Virus record (IMG/VR): IMGVR_UViG_2671181139_000006
Source of the DNA: an uncultured virus (IMG/VR IMGVR_UViG_2671181139_000006)
Taxonomy: Duplodnaviria; Heunggongvirae; Uroviricota; Caudoviricetes
Reading direction: 5' to 3' (one strand)
DNA: 64,000 nucleotides
Shown: in pieces, positions 38,122-47,657 of the stretch
Numbering within the stretch: the stretch's first letter is position 1
Layout of the letters: each line of letters begins with the position of its first letter
Position numbers and translations under genes: made by a program
Notes under the pieces: model-generated
The model's database searches: none
What the model was told of the DNA's origin: nothing
Seen by the model: the letters and a program-made list of their open reading frames with translations, nothing else

Positions 38122-38198
38122 GCGCTCGTAGCTCAGTTGGATAGAGTACAGGTTTCCGAAGCCTGGGGTCGTGGGTTCGATCCCCGCCGGGCGCACCA
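38122..38198 (+). tRNA. tRNA-Arg(CCG)
   Basis: Cloverleaf, anticodon loop TTCCGAA, GGTTCGA T-loop, CCA end. Confidence 0.95.
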
Positions 38199-38211
38199 AT
38201 CTATTTTATAA

Positions 38212-38251
38212 AATCAATAACTTAACTATATTTTGGCGTATATTTGGCGTA
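38212..38251. promoter_or_regulatory. att arm: IHF consensus (AATCAATAACTTA) and tandem TTTGGCGTA integrase arm-type repeats
   Basis: WATCAANNNNTTR match 38212-38224; direct repeats 38229-38251. Confidence 0.65.
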
Positions 38252-38272
38252 ATGCGCTATTTATCCACAGGT

Positions 38273-38488
38273 TTAGAGGTAATTTTGCTTCTTATCAAAG
38301 GTCCATCTTTTACCGTTGTAAGTCACGGTGCCATCTAAATTTATTGGCAACTCTTTTAATGAGTAGTCATAGATTTTAAGAACATTCCCGTTCTTATCTA
38401 AATCAGCGGGTAGATTGCAAGTATTCTCCATCCTGCCCGCTTCCGAAACCATTATCATGACTTGCGACATCACAAAGCCCTTACACAA
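38273..38488 (-). CDS. Small hypothetical phage protein
   Basis: ORF at prophage edge. Confidence 0.6.
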   Translation of the reverse strand: MCKGFVMSQVMIMVSEAGRMENTCNLPADLDKNGNVLKIYDYSLKELPINLDGTVTYNGKRWTFDKKQNYL

Positions 38489-38594
38489 ATCGAGACGTTC
38501 ACATTACTATTTATAGTGTGAGCTGTGCAACCTGAGAAGAGTAGGCACAGCAATGTGATGATCGATGCAATTTTAGTACGCTGACACATATAAG

Positions 38595-39149
38595 TTACTT
38601 CTTTAAAAAGAGTGCTCGTTCTGCTTCTCGGCGACGAACTAGGCCCTTCATAACCTTACCACCTGCTTTGTTCCACACAAGGAATTGATCAGCAGCGCCT
38701 TGATAGTCACCTTTATTCAGTTTTTTTAATAAGGTTGAATTATTAAATGCACCTGAGCCAATGTTGTAAGTCAGCGATACCAAAGCATCAAATTGATTTT
38801 GAGTTATGGGAACTGTCACAGATTCATTTACTGTTTTTTCAAATTTGGCCAAGTCGTGTTTAAAGTAAGCTTTAGCTTGTTCAGGTGTGCAAGTATCCCC
38901 TTTTTTTACCTTCACGCCATTAGGATAAACTGTTGTGCCAGTACCAATGGTCCAAACCCCTACACCATCATCGTAAGCATTGAATCGCGTGCCTTCAAAA
39001 CTAGTTATTAAATCTATACCATCATCACTTGTAGTTTTTCCACCTGGTGCAAGTTTTTCGACCACTTTATTTAAATCGTCTACTTGTGCCTGTGTAAGCT
39101 TGCCGCCTGCGATCACTCGGGCAGCGTCGAAGAATGGTTTAGTTGTCAT
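38595..39149 (-). CDS. Endolysin, GH24 lysozyme
   Basis: FEG...AYDDGVGVWTIG.G.T, QNQFDALVSL.YNIG, GLVRRREAER. Confidence 0.93.
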   Translation of the reverse strand: MTTKPFFDAARVIAGGKLTQAQVDDLNKVVEKLAPGGKTTSDDGIDLITSFEGTRFNAYDDGVGVWTIGTGTTVYPNGVKVKKGDTCTPEQAKAYFKHDLAKFEKTVNESVTVPITQNQFDALVSLTYNIGSGAFNNSTLLKKLNKGDYQGAADQFLVWNKAGGKVMKGLVRRREAERALFLKK

Positions 39150-39357
39150 TGGATTCACCTTTCTTTTTCTCTAACTCAGAGCTACCAAAATAAAACCCAC
39201 ATGCTGTTGTCATAGCCCCAGCAATAAAACCCAATGCCGTATTGATCAGATTGCTGTTTTCTCGCGGCATATCCACAAAAAATAAAGCAATCACTAAAAC
39301 AAACATCAGTCCCACCAATGCAAAAGCTAGATATGCGCGAGTATTTTCACTGTTCAT
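39139..39357 (-). CDS. Putative holin
   Basis: 2 TM, FYFGSS motif, overlaps lysozyme. Confidence 0.75.
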   Translation of the reverse strand: MNSENTRAYLAFALVGLMFVLVIALFFVDMPRENSNLINTALGFIAGAMTTACGFYFGSSELEKKKGESNDN

Positions 39358-39710
39358 CTTTTTGCTTCCTCCAACCGTGATACTTTCTCTTTAATTAAAG
39401 ACTGGTCTTGGCTTAATTGAATAATTGAAGATCCAACCCACGCACACAATGAAAATACGATGCCTGCAAATATTCCCAGCAATACACGCAGCACAGAAAT
39501 TCCACCATCTTGCGCTGCTGTGCGGTTTTCTAAATTGGCGACTTTGATATCCAATGTATCGATATCTTTTTTGTTCTGTTCGCTAGTCTCTTTGTGCGCT
39601 TCATTAATGAAAGTCAGTCGAGTAACATGATCTGACAACATGCGAATATCACTCTGAATGGAGTCGATTTTCTTTTCAAATCTCAACCCGTATGATTCAT
39701 TTTCAGTCAT
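39354..39710 (-). CDS. Coiled-coil + TM lysis-module protein
   Basis: Coiled coil then hydrophobic helix. Confidence 0.65.
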   Translation of the reverse strand: MTENESYGLRFEKKIDSIQSDIRMLSDHVTRLTFINEAHKETSEQNKKDIDTLDIKVANLENRTAAQDGGISVLRVLLGIFAGIVFSLCAWVGSSIIQLSQDQSLIKEKVSRLEEAKR

Positions 39711-39733
39711 GCCTTCCCCCTAATTTCGGCAAT

Positions 39734-39766
39734 AAAAAAGCCCTAACTTATTTAAAGCTAGGGCTT
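39734..39766 (-). terminator. Rho-independent terminator
   Basis: AAGCCCTA..TAGGGCTT + T6 on minus strand. Confidence 0.65.
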
Positions 39767-39785
39767 GTGGTGGTTTGTTGTGTAG

Positions 39786-41474
39786 TTAACAGTTGATTGA
39801 GATAACACCAGTGTCAATATCAACTGAGATAGTTCCATTTATATTAGAAATCAACTGCCCATTTTCGACTTTAAATTTACCGCCAACTGCCGGTGAAACA
39901 TCTGATAAAACATAATGAGCTTTGTTTTGATCCGTGGAAATATAACCTCGTTTTAATACCCTGCCCTGACCTTTCTTCAGACCTTCTGCTGTAGTTGTCA
40001 TGACAGGAATATCATCTAGAGCAACACCAAAAATCTTATCATTACCATTTGCAAGCTTGACGGTACCCTGAGACTTTGTAACAACACTGCCCTTTGGAAT
40101 ATATGTGGCACCATTGTTATAAACAGTTTCAGCAACGTCAGTCATCATCGGGTAATAATCGCGGCCATAGGCATACAGATCTGCCGTAGCACCAACAAGA
40201 GCTGCGTTTATTTCAGAAAGAATTGCAGCATTCGACATTGACGTATAGTCTTTGTTAAATATCACTGTATAAGTAGTGCCATTGATAATCACACCAAGCG
40301 TTTTATTGCTAGTTGAGCAGTTACCAAGGCGTTTGCCCATACTTGTGTAGACTGTAGGTTTTTCTAAATCTGCTGCTGTATCTCCCAAATCTTTGCATCC
40401 AAAAGCAAGAGCAGGTAAACCAACTGTTCCATCTTGAACAATATAACCATCCAAATAATCACGGCTATCTATATACAAATTAACATCTGTATTTGCTTGA
40501 TTATTTTTAATCAAAATCGGATATGCAGAAGATGTTTTATCAAAACGAATCGTATTACCGACACCTACAGACGAGGTTTTAATTCTCAAGCAAAAGCCAT
40601 TAACATTGTTATCAAAAAGAAATGGATCGTTTCCATACCCCTCTAACTGCCATTCCGCATGATTGAATGAATCATAGTTTTGGACTGGGTTTGCTTTCAG
40701 CCATACATCACGATATTCGATGACATATGATGTACCGCCAAAGCTACAACCAATAAACTCCATTTTGTCACTCAATAATGAACCGTCATTATCAATGAGA
40801 GCAATTAATTTGCTTGTATTACTTGAAAATTTGAATCCCTCAAAATGCATTAACGATGGCTTATCGAATTTGGTGTTGTTATGGCAATACAAAGGTTGTC
40901 CTGAGTCAGAATGACTACCACCGCCAATGAAATATGTTTCTTCGCCAGTGCTTGTGCCAATGCCTAGAGCCTGCCTAGAACCCTTGTCTCCTTTAAAGAT
41001 GAACCAAACACCTTCAAACTTATGCGTAGCATTTGCTCCAAGAGGATTATCTATATGTAACGCATAACGACCATTGACAATGACAAATGTTACGTCTTTG
41101 ATTAGTGAATCTTTTGCGTAACTGTAGAGAGTCTGATATTGAGTTCGAGGATAAGTACTTCCATTAGCAGAGGGTCCAATGGCAGCATCATCATAAGGCA
41201 ATTCGCACCAGAATACCGTTTTACCATCACCAATAATATCAACATGGTCCTTTGCCAAGATCATTGATGGATAACCGGGATAACCAATCACGTCTGCTGC
41301 AACATTAACTTTATGAAAGCCTTTGGTTCGTATTGTATATCGTTTCTTATCTGTAGCATCAGTGATGCTATTTAGTGCAAGCTGTACAGCATTTTTGCCG
41401 ACAAACGCTGCACTAGTGTCACTTGTGTCAGCAGAAGTCAGAATTTCAGTTGTCTTTACATCAACGATCACCAA
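39786..41474 (-). CDS. Tail spike C-terminal part (beta-helix-like putative depolymerase); likely frameshifted from 41461-43020
   Basis: AVQLALNSI..DHVDIIGDG beta-helix-entry pattern; TTG start without SD. Confidence 0.6.
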   Translation of the reverse strand: MVIVDVKTTEILTSADTSDTSAAFVGKNAVQLALNSITDATDKKRYTIRTKGFHKVNVAADVIGYPGYPSMILAKDHVDIIGDGKTVFWCELPYDDAAIGPSANGSTYPRTQYQTLYSYAKDSLIKDVTFVIVNGRYALHIDNPLGANATHKFEGVWFIFKGDKGSRQALGIGTSTGEETYFIGGGSHSDSGQPLYCHNNTKFDKPSLMHFEGFKFSSNTSKLIALIDNDGSLLSDKMEFIGCSFGGTSYVIEYRDVWLKANPVQNYDSFNHAEWQLEGYGNDPFLFDNNVNGFCLRIKTSSVGVGNTIRFDKTSSAYPILIKNNQANTDVNLYIDSRDYLDGYIVQDGTVGLPALAFGCKDLGDTAADLEKPTVYTSMGKRLGNCSTSNKTLGVIINGTTYTVIFNKDYTSMSNAAILSEINAALVGATADLYAYGRDYYPMMTDVAETVYNNGATYIPKGSVVTKSQGTVKLANGNDKIFGVALDDIPVMTTTAEGLKKGQGRVLKRGYISTDQNKAHYVLSDVSPAVGGKFKVENGQLISNINGTISVDIDTGVISINC

Positions 41475-43020
41475 TCATCAAATTTTCAGCAATACGTACA
41501 TCATGAGATACATAAGATGATGGAAAGTACGAACTTTCAGCTACAACTACCGTAGATAACTGACTCTTAGGAATTGAAAAGCGAACGTATTTCGCATTAG
41601 AAGGTGTTGTAAATTTCTTTTTTGCATTCGGCGTGGCTAACCCTGAGATATACACGAATGTAGCATCAAAGAAAGCAAACTGCTGATTATAGAAATCAGA
41701 TGTTTGATACTCAATACTTGGCTTAATCTCAATAAAGTCAGTTGCAACAAAACTAGTGTTAGTACCAATATTGCCGTTTGAAAAGTCAACGTACTTATCT
41801 TGAATTACCTTGGTTGTATCAATAATGTTGATAATCTTAAATCCGATAGCGGTCTTAATCTCATTGGCATTATTTTGGGCTTGACTAGCAGTAAGCTGAA
41901 AATCTTTGATATTCACAGCATAAGGTACAAAAGTGCTAGGAAATATAGAATTTTCAGCAATTACAACGGAATTCAATGTTGAACTTTGAATCGAGAATTT
42001 TGCAAACTTAGCATTCGCAGGTGTTGTGAATTGTTTATTTGCATCAGGTGTAGCTAGTCCCGAAATATAAACCATATTCTCATCGTAAAAAGCAAACTGC
42101 TGATTGTAGTTGCTAGAAACTTTATACAATGTGTTCGCTTTAACAGGATACGGACCTGCTGCTACAAAAGTAGCGTTATTATCAAGAAATCCGTCCTGAT
42201 ATTTAACGTATTTACCTACAACAACTTTTGTTGTATCAACAATATTTACGCTGCTAAAACCGAGCCACTCTTTAATTTTTGTTGGTAGATTTTTAATTAA
42301 ATCCGCATCGACTGTTAAATTTTTCTTCTTGAGAACATAAGGTACATAATCAGCGGGATATTCGCTTGATTTACAAACCATAAAAGTGCTGACATTGCCG
42401 TTTGCAACAGTGAACCGAACATATTTAGCGTTCGATGGGGTTGTAAACTTAGATGTAGAACTAGCGTCTGCTATACCCGAAATATAAACTTTATTCGCAT
42501 CATAATATGCAAACTGTTGATTATATCCTCGCGGTAGACGATATTCAGTGCTTGGTGAAACTTCACAAAAATCAGAAGCTGAGTGTATAGGGCTATCACC
42601 CAAACTACCATTTGTATAAACTACATATTTTCCAACTGTGACTTTAGATTTATCTACTATGTTTTGATCATTGACAAATCCGAGTTCTAAGATTTTACCA
42701 TCTGCATAGGTTTTCGCTAAATCTACTGGACTCAACCCTTCGTCAATCCAAGCAGTGCCATTCCACTTATAAAGTTTTTTAGTGTCAAAAGCATAACCGA
42801 CTGATGGATTGACTGTTGGAATTGTAGCTAATAGCTCAGCTTCAGTGCTGTAAGCTTTCCAGCCGCCAGTTTCCATCAATATGCGAATAGCTTTAGCAAG
42901 AGTAGGATAAATACGGCCTAATCGGCTAATAACATCTGTAAACTCATCGCCACTTGAGAACTTTTCTACTGTTCCCATGTCGACAATTGCGTTATCTACT
43001 TTGGTTTGTAAATCTGACAT
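41461..43020 (-). CDS. Tail spike N-terminal part with three ~140-aa repeats
   Basis: Virion-attachment N-terminus; repeats QQFAFYD..YISG..FTTPSNAKYVRF. Confidence 0.75.
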   Translation of the reverse strand: MSDLQTKVDNAIVDMGTVEKFSSGDEFTDVISRLGRIYPTLAKAIRILMETGGWKAYSTEAELLATIPTVNPSVGYAFDTKKLYKWNGTAWIDEGLSPVDLAKTYADGKILELGFVNDQNIVDKSKVTVGKYVVYTNGSLGDSPIHSASDFCEVSPSTEYRLPRGYNQQFAYYDANKVYISGIADASSTSKFTTPSNAKYVRFTVANGNVSTFMVCKSSEYPADYVPYVLKKKNLTVDADLIKNLPTKIKEWLGFSSVNIVDTTKVVVGKYVKYQDGFLDNNATFVAAGPYPVKANTLYKVSSNYNQQFAFYDENMVYISGLATPDANKQFTTPANAKFAKFSIQSSTLNSVVIAENSIFPSTFVPYAVNIKDFQLTASQAQNNANEIKTAIGFKIINIIDTTKVIQDKYVDFSNGNIGTNTSFVATDFIEIKPSIEYQTSDFYNQQFAFFDATFVYISGLATPNAKKKFTTPSNAKYVRFSIPKSQLSTVVVAESSYFPSSYVSHDVRIAENLMIGDR

Positions 43021-43035
43021 ATTTTTACACCCAAT

Positions 43036-43060
43036 AAAAAAGCCCGCTTTATGCGGGCTT
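43036..43060 (-). terminator. Rho-independent terminator
   Basis: AAGCCCGC-ATAAA-GCGGGCTTTTTT. Confidence 0.7.
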
Positions 43061-43075
43061 GTGGTTAATCTTGAT

Positions 43076-45910
43076 TTATGAAATTAGGTTGTTGATGTAA
43101 TCACTATCATTTGAGTAGTAACGCTCGTCATAGTTCACAGCAGTAATCTCACTTTCAAAAGTGGCGCTTGGCGATTTTTCGGAAATGAGATAGGCCTCAC
43201 TATCTAATTCATTTGATAGTGTGATTGAGTAATTCGTGGCTGTTACTTTGCCATCTGAACTTGTGATCAGTGGAAGGATTGGCAAGCGCTCTAAAATTAA
43301 ATGCCATTCATCCACACCTTGTGTGACCAGCATTGTTTCTACTGAGCCGTTCGATAACTGCAAATGAATTGTGTATGACTTGGTGGCGTCCAAATGGACA
43401 GGCTGCGAAATCTGGATATTCAGGCCACTCCAAGCCTCAATTTCTCCTGAAGTAAAGCCACCTTCTTCACCCAACGGTACCAAAGTAGGGATAGAATCCT
43501 TAACTACTGCAATGCGATCATTAATAGTGACTAAATCTGCTTCACCGTAACCCGTGAATTGAATTGTCTCTCTTTGATACTGAATCCTGTTCCATGTTCT
43601 ATACGCTAAAAGATAGGCCTGAACTTTGTTCGTAACACCAATGAGTTCAATTTTCTTTGGATTGGTAATTCCATCATTCGGAAGCTTAATTGACTCTTCT
43701 GTGTAGTTTTCACTAGCATTACGCCACGTTGCTTCAACACCATCATATTGCTTGTCTTTACCAAATCGCGTTGTCACAGTCTCGGATTGCGGCTTTTTAT
43801 TGCGATGATTAAACAAGATAGAAGATGAGGGGTTTACCTTCTCAAACTGAAAATAAATTTTGCCAGATGTCCTTCGCGCATTACAAAATACAGCAGATGC
43901 AATAGTTGCAAGAGTCTCTTCATAAGACATATTGTCATTATCAAACGTGTAGTTAAACTCAATAGCTTTAGAAGTTCCAAAGTAGGTTTGAATCTGGCTT
44001 TGAGTTGCATACAAGTCTTGAATATCAACAGTGTCTATAGACCTACGACCTATATAATCATCTGTTGTAACGGCACAAACAATGTCAGCAAACTTATTAG
44101 ATGCAATGCGTTCAGGTGATTTAGAGCCAGATTCGTATGAAAATACTTTCCGAGTAGCAAGCATATTTAACTCACGCTTTTTTACTCCGGAAGTAATGTC
44201 ATTGGTAACAGTAACAGTGCGTACTAGAGTTACATCATCGTACGATAGCTTGGTTAAAGCTGTCATGATATAGACTGAATGCGCCTGAACTTCATCTACT
44301 ACCGTACCTTTTGAAGAATGTACAGTAAGTCGTCTTAATCTATATCTAAGGCGGCTTGTAGATGGCAGTGTTGCTTTTAGCGTTAAACCAACCGGGCTTG
44401 CAATACTCTGAGGATTACCGAAAAGGTTTTCAGAAACACTATAAATTGCACCTGTCGGTGTACCAGTTGAATCTAGAAGTTGATACTCCATTTCAAGCTG
44501 AACGCCAATAACCTCTTTATAGCCCTTCTCGCCAATATGATATAGACCCTGTGGCGCATTGAAGTTAGCAAAGATTTGGTCGCCTTCTGTGTCGGTTTCA
44601 TACCACCCTAACCAATTCTCTTGTGAACCATATAAGCCAACCATATTGCCTGCTGTACTACCCCAATTCTGAAGTTTCAGCCAATCTGGGTTTATGGCAT
44701 CAGGCGCTGACAAGGTAATTGATGTGCCTGAGTTAATATTGATTGTGTATGTTCCGTCTAGGTCCATACTGTCAATGTTATCTGTGAGTGTGCCAGAAAT
44801 TGAGCTAGATGCAGCCTCTGTCATTTTTAGAAAATTCTGGTTAACAGCTTGCGGGTTAACCAATGAAATCTCATATACCCACGAACCAGCACTACCTGAT
44901 TTGGCTATATTACTTACTTCGTAAACCCCAGCTAAATCTAGAGTCCCCTCTACCGGATCGTCTATTAGTAACGCTTGGATCGCTAGGCCCTTGAAATTTT
45001 GCGGCTGGTAAATATCTGTGCTTGTCGCGACTGTCAATACGTAGTCAAGACCTACATCTACAGTGCCCGATAACAGTTGATCTTTAACCCCGTATTGAGC
45101 ACCTTCAATAGAAATAGTTTCGCCATTTACGAAAGCTGTTGTAGCGACATTAATAACGTTTGGATAAGTAAAGGTGATTGTATTTTTAACAACACGCGCA
45201 GAGCTTGGATTCAAAAGCGTTTGCCCTGTAATACTACGTGATTGCTTACCTACTAACGGAGCGTAATTTAAAACATCTCCGTATCGATACATTGGAGTTG
45301 TTGTGTCTAGGCTTTGATTTGGGTCATATACAGAAACCGATTCACCATCAATCTGGTTAATTGATGTCTCGCCTTCTTTAACATCTGAGATTTCATAATA
45401 CCCACGCCCCAAGCACATCAAGCACTCTTCAATCTCTACATTATTTTGAAAATATCGAAGAGGCGGTGCAATAAGATCCGGGATGGCAAGAACTGTACCG
45501 AACGGATCAGGTATGCGACCACCAATACGTTGTGTATTTTCTCGATTACCAAGTTTATTGTTGGATGAAGACTTTTCTATACCTTTGTTCGCATCTGGCA
45601 TAGTCAAAATTGTATAAATTGAGAATGCTAGAGATACTACAAGGGACACCACAGCAATAATTGTTGCTGGTTCACCTGCTTCACAGACAACATCAAAGTC
45701 GTGCTTTTTGGACAACATTAATAGTGACGCTTCATCTATCTTATTAGTTGGCGTTACATCATTGTGTACACATGCTGGCTGCAAGTAGATTCGTGCTTGT
45801 GGGTGTTTTTTCTTTATATATTTAAATGCTTCAAGAACCCGATCAGTACGAACATGTAGAACATTGTCTTGTCCATCAATTGGATTGGTGAATATGCGTA
45901 ATCGGCTCAT
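43076..45910 (-). CDS. Tail tip / host specificity (J-like) protein
   Basis: SSNNKLGNREN..R.G.RIPDPFG, TAVNYDERYY; position. Confidence 0.8.
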   Translation of the reverse strand: MSRLRIFTNPIDGQDNVLHVRTDRVLEAFKYIKKKHPQARIYLQPACVHNDVTPTNKIDEASLLMLSKKHDFDVVCEAGEPATIIAVVSLVVSLAFSIYTILTMPDANKGIEKSSSNNKLGNRENTQRIGGRIPDPFGTVLAIPDLIAPPLRYFQNNVEIEECLMCLGRGYYEISDVKEGETSINQIDGESVSVYDPNQSLDTTTPMYRYGDVLNYAPLVGKQSRSITGQTLLNPSSARVVKNTITFTYPNVINVATTAFVNGETISIEGAQYGVKDQLLSGTVDVGLDYVLTVATSTDIYQPQNFKGLAIQALLIDDPVEGTLDLAGVYEVSNIAKSGSAGSWVYEISLVNPQAVNQNFLKMTEAASSSISGTLTDNIDSMDLDGTYTININSGTSITLSAPDAINPDWLKLQNWGSTAGNMVGLYGSQENWLGWYETDTEGDQIFANFNAPQGLYHIGEKGYKEVIGVQLEMEYQLLDSTGTPTGAIYSVSENLFGNPQSIASPVGLTLKATLPSTSRLRYRLRRLTVHSSKGTVVDEVQAHSVYIMTALTKLSYDDVTLVRTVTVTNDITSGVKKRELNMLATRKVFSYESGSKSPERIASNKFADIVCAVTTDDYIGRRSIDTVDIQDLYATQSQIQTYFGTSKAIEFNYTFDNDNMSYEETLATIASAVFCNARRTSGKIYFQFEKVNPSSSILFNHRNKKPQSETVTTRFGKDKQYDGVEATWRNASENYTEESIKLPNDGITNPKKIELIGVTNKVQAYLLAYRTWNRIQYQRETIQFTGYGEADLVTINDRIAVVKDSIPTLVPLGEEGGFTSGEIEAWSGLNIQISQPVHLDATKSYTIHLQLSNGSVETMLVTQGVDEWHLILERLPILPLITSSDGKVTATNYSITLSNELDSEAYLISEKSPSATFESEITAVNYDERYYSNDSDYINNLIS

Positions 45911-46259
45911 AATAGCGAATCCGTTTATAGAACTTCTTCAATACTTGAATGTTTAAATAGTGGACACCAAGCTCAGTTAGGTGCAAAACCCTGCCGCAAT
46001 AAAAAAGCCCCACATGGGAGCTTTGATTTTGATTTGTCATCAAGACAATGGAGCCGTCAATTGGGTGATCTATTCGCCTGTTCTGAATTACAGTATTGCG
46101 TGAAGTTTTTAGTGTCTCGTGCAGCGAACCAGTCAAACCAATAAATGAGCTTGAATAATCTTGCTTAAAAAGATATTCAGCAGCTTCAAGCAAGAAGTGA
46201 ACACAGTGATAATGTTGTGGGTCATATTGTCTATTAAGCAAGCTATCAATACTTTTCAT
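45876..46259 (-). CDS. NlpC/P60-like tail protein
   Basis: YHCVHF, HVGLF..GRVLHL. Confidence 0.75.
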   Translation of the reverse strand: MKSIDSLLNRQYDPQHYHCVHFLLEAAEYLFKQDYSSSFIGLTGSLHETLKTSRNTVIQNRRIDHPIDGSIVLMTNQNQSSHVGLFYCGRVLHLTELGVHYLNIQVLKKFYKRIRYYEPITHIHQSN

Positions 46260-46756
46260 TAGAAGAACCCTTTTAAACTTGGGAACATATCAGTTGTATA
46301 AATACGTCCAGTACCTACACTATTTAATCTTTGTGCCACAGCTTCAAATGTACAGGCTTGATAGTCCTGATTCATTGTTTCAACTTCTAGTCCATAAATA
46401 ACATCAACCGGAGCAGTTAAGTCACTCGACAAATAAGACCGATAAATTACTTGTGGCTTCTCTTCGCTGTTCGCATCAAGAATGATCTTGATTAGTTGCG
46501 GTACTATCTGCCCTAATTCCCCTATCGTTATGTTGATAGATTGGTCCAGATCATCAGAGGTCTTGCCTTTCTGGATGGCTAGGGGCATATACTCATAAAT
46601 AGCTTGGGTCGAATCTTCATGAGTAACTGTTATGCCATTTGCATTGTTGGTCACATATCGTAGTGGACTTGGCCATAAGCTATGCTTCACTTCAATACAT
46701 TCAAGTAAAACTACTGAAGGGCTGGAATCTAAATGAAATTCAGTAATATCACTCAT
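46259..46756 (-). CDS. Minor tail protein (DUF1833-like)
   Basis: ECIEVKHS, YRSYLS.DL..P, FPSL; start refined. Confidence 0.75.
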   Translation of the reverse strand: MSDITEFHLDSSPSVVLLECIEVKHSLWPSPLRYVTNNANGITVTHEDSTQAIYEYMPLAIQKGKTSDDLDQSINITIGELGQIVPQLIKIILDANSEEKPQVIYRSYLSSDLTAPVDVIYGLEVETMNQDYQACTFEAVAQRLNSVGTGRIYTTDMFPSLKGFF

Positions 46757-47220
46757 AGGAATGGCTCCAGAGCGTCTGCTGCAGCTTTGTTTGCGAGCTT
46801 TTCTAATGATGGAGATGCCTGAATTAGTCCAAGTCTCCAAGCTTCAATAACTTTGTCATCTTCATCTGGGTTACGTGGAGAAGGCTTTGCAACAGCATCA
46901 ATGTTTGCTCGCCAAAGATTACCCTCTTTACTCCATTTTAAAGAGCCAATAAATGCCACTTGATATTCTTTTAGGCTGGTGTAATCGAAAATCAGATCCA
47001 TTAAGAAAGGCTGAGGGTCATACTGGTTTGCAAAATAAAAAGCTAACAAAAGTTCCATTTCGTCGATACTTAAAGACCAGCTTAAAGTTACTCCATGCGT
47101 TGCCCCAATAAAATTTCGTCTTTGCCGGGGCATTCCAGCTGTGAGTTGTTGAGTTAACACCCCATCACCCAAGGTTGGGTTGTAGTCCGGCTCATTGGGC
47201 GATAAGAATAGTTTTCTCAT
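46753..47220 (-). CDS. Distal tail protein
   Basis: Follows tape measure; G.PRQRR motif. Confidence 0.65.
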   Translation of the reverse strand: MRKLFLSPNEPDYNPTLGDGVLTQQLTAGMPRQRRNFIGATHGVTLSWSLSIDEMELLLAFYFANQYDPQPFLMDLIFDYTSLKEYQVAFIGSLKWSKEGNLWRANIDAVAKPSPRNPDEDDKVIEAWRLGLIQASPSLEKLANKAAADALEPFL

Positions 47221-47290
47221 ATTTGCCTTCCCTAAAATTTAGACATAAAAAACCGACCTCTTTATGGGTCGGTTTAAATATTTAGTTTCA

Positions 47291-47359
47291 TTACATTTTC
47301 CAAATATATGTACATATAATCAAAGTGATAAGAATTGCAATAAAGCGCCATGCTTTCAT
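47291..47359 (-). CDS. 22-aa hydrophobic peptide MKAWRFIAILITLIICTYIWKM
   Basis: Manual translation; GAGG SD, ATGA overlap. Confidence 0.5.
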   Translation of the reverse strand: MKAWRFIAILITLIICTYIWKM

Positions 47360-47529
47360 TTCAATACCTCAATCAACTTAGAAGTTGCTGTCAATATTGG
47401 TGCTGCTTGCCAAATCAAAATTCCAATTAAAAATACAAAAGCCATGATGTAAGTCCACACCCTTAATACTTTGCTGTTTGAAAGTTTGTTCATCACTTTA
47501 TCAACCTGTAAATTTAGGTTAAAATTCAT
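47356..47529 (-). CDS. 57-aa single-TM protein (MNFNLNLQVD...)
   Basis: Manual translation; GAGGA upstream. Confidence 0.55.
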   Translation of the reverse strand: MNFNLNLQVDKVMNKLSNSKVLRVWTYIMAFVFLIGILIWQAAPILTATSKLIEVLK

Positions 47530-47565
47530 CTATGTTCTGATCCTCAAGTCTGGTTTGTGGGTTAG

Positions 47566-47608
47566 AAACAAAAACCCCAAGAGCTGTGAACTCTCGGGGT
47601 TTTGTTTT
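47566..47608. terminator. Long bidirectional hairpin/terminator
   Basis: AAACAAAAACCCCAAGAG..CTCTCGGGGTTTTTGTTT. Confidence 0.65.
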
Positions 47609-47657
47609 GGATAAAGGAAAAGCCACCCATAGGTAGCTTTTCTTTAATTTAAAAATA

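Noticed and set aside
38495..38560. Short hairpins downstream of lysozyme as ncRNA
   Set aside because: Weak stems, no recognisable family; insufficient evidence
45995..46012. Terminator-like GCAATAAAAAAGCCCC
   Set aside because: Encodes the HVGLFYCG motif of the NlpC-like gene and has no clean stem
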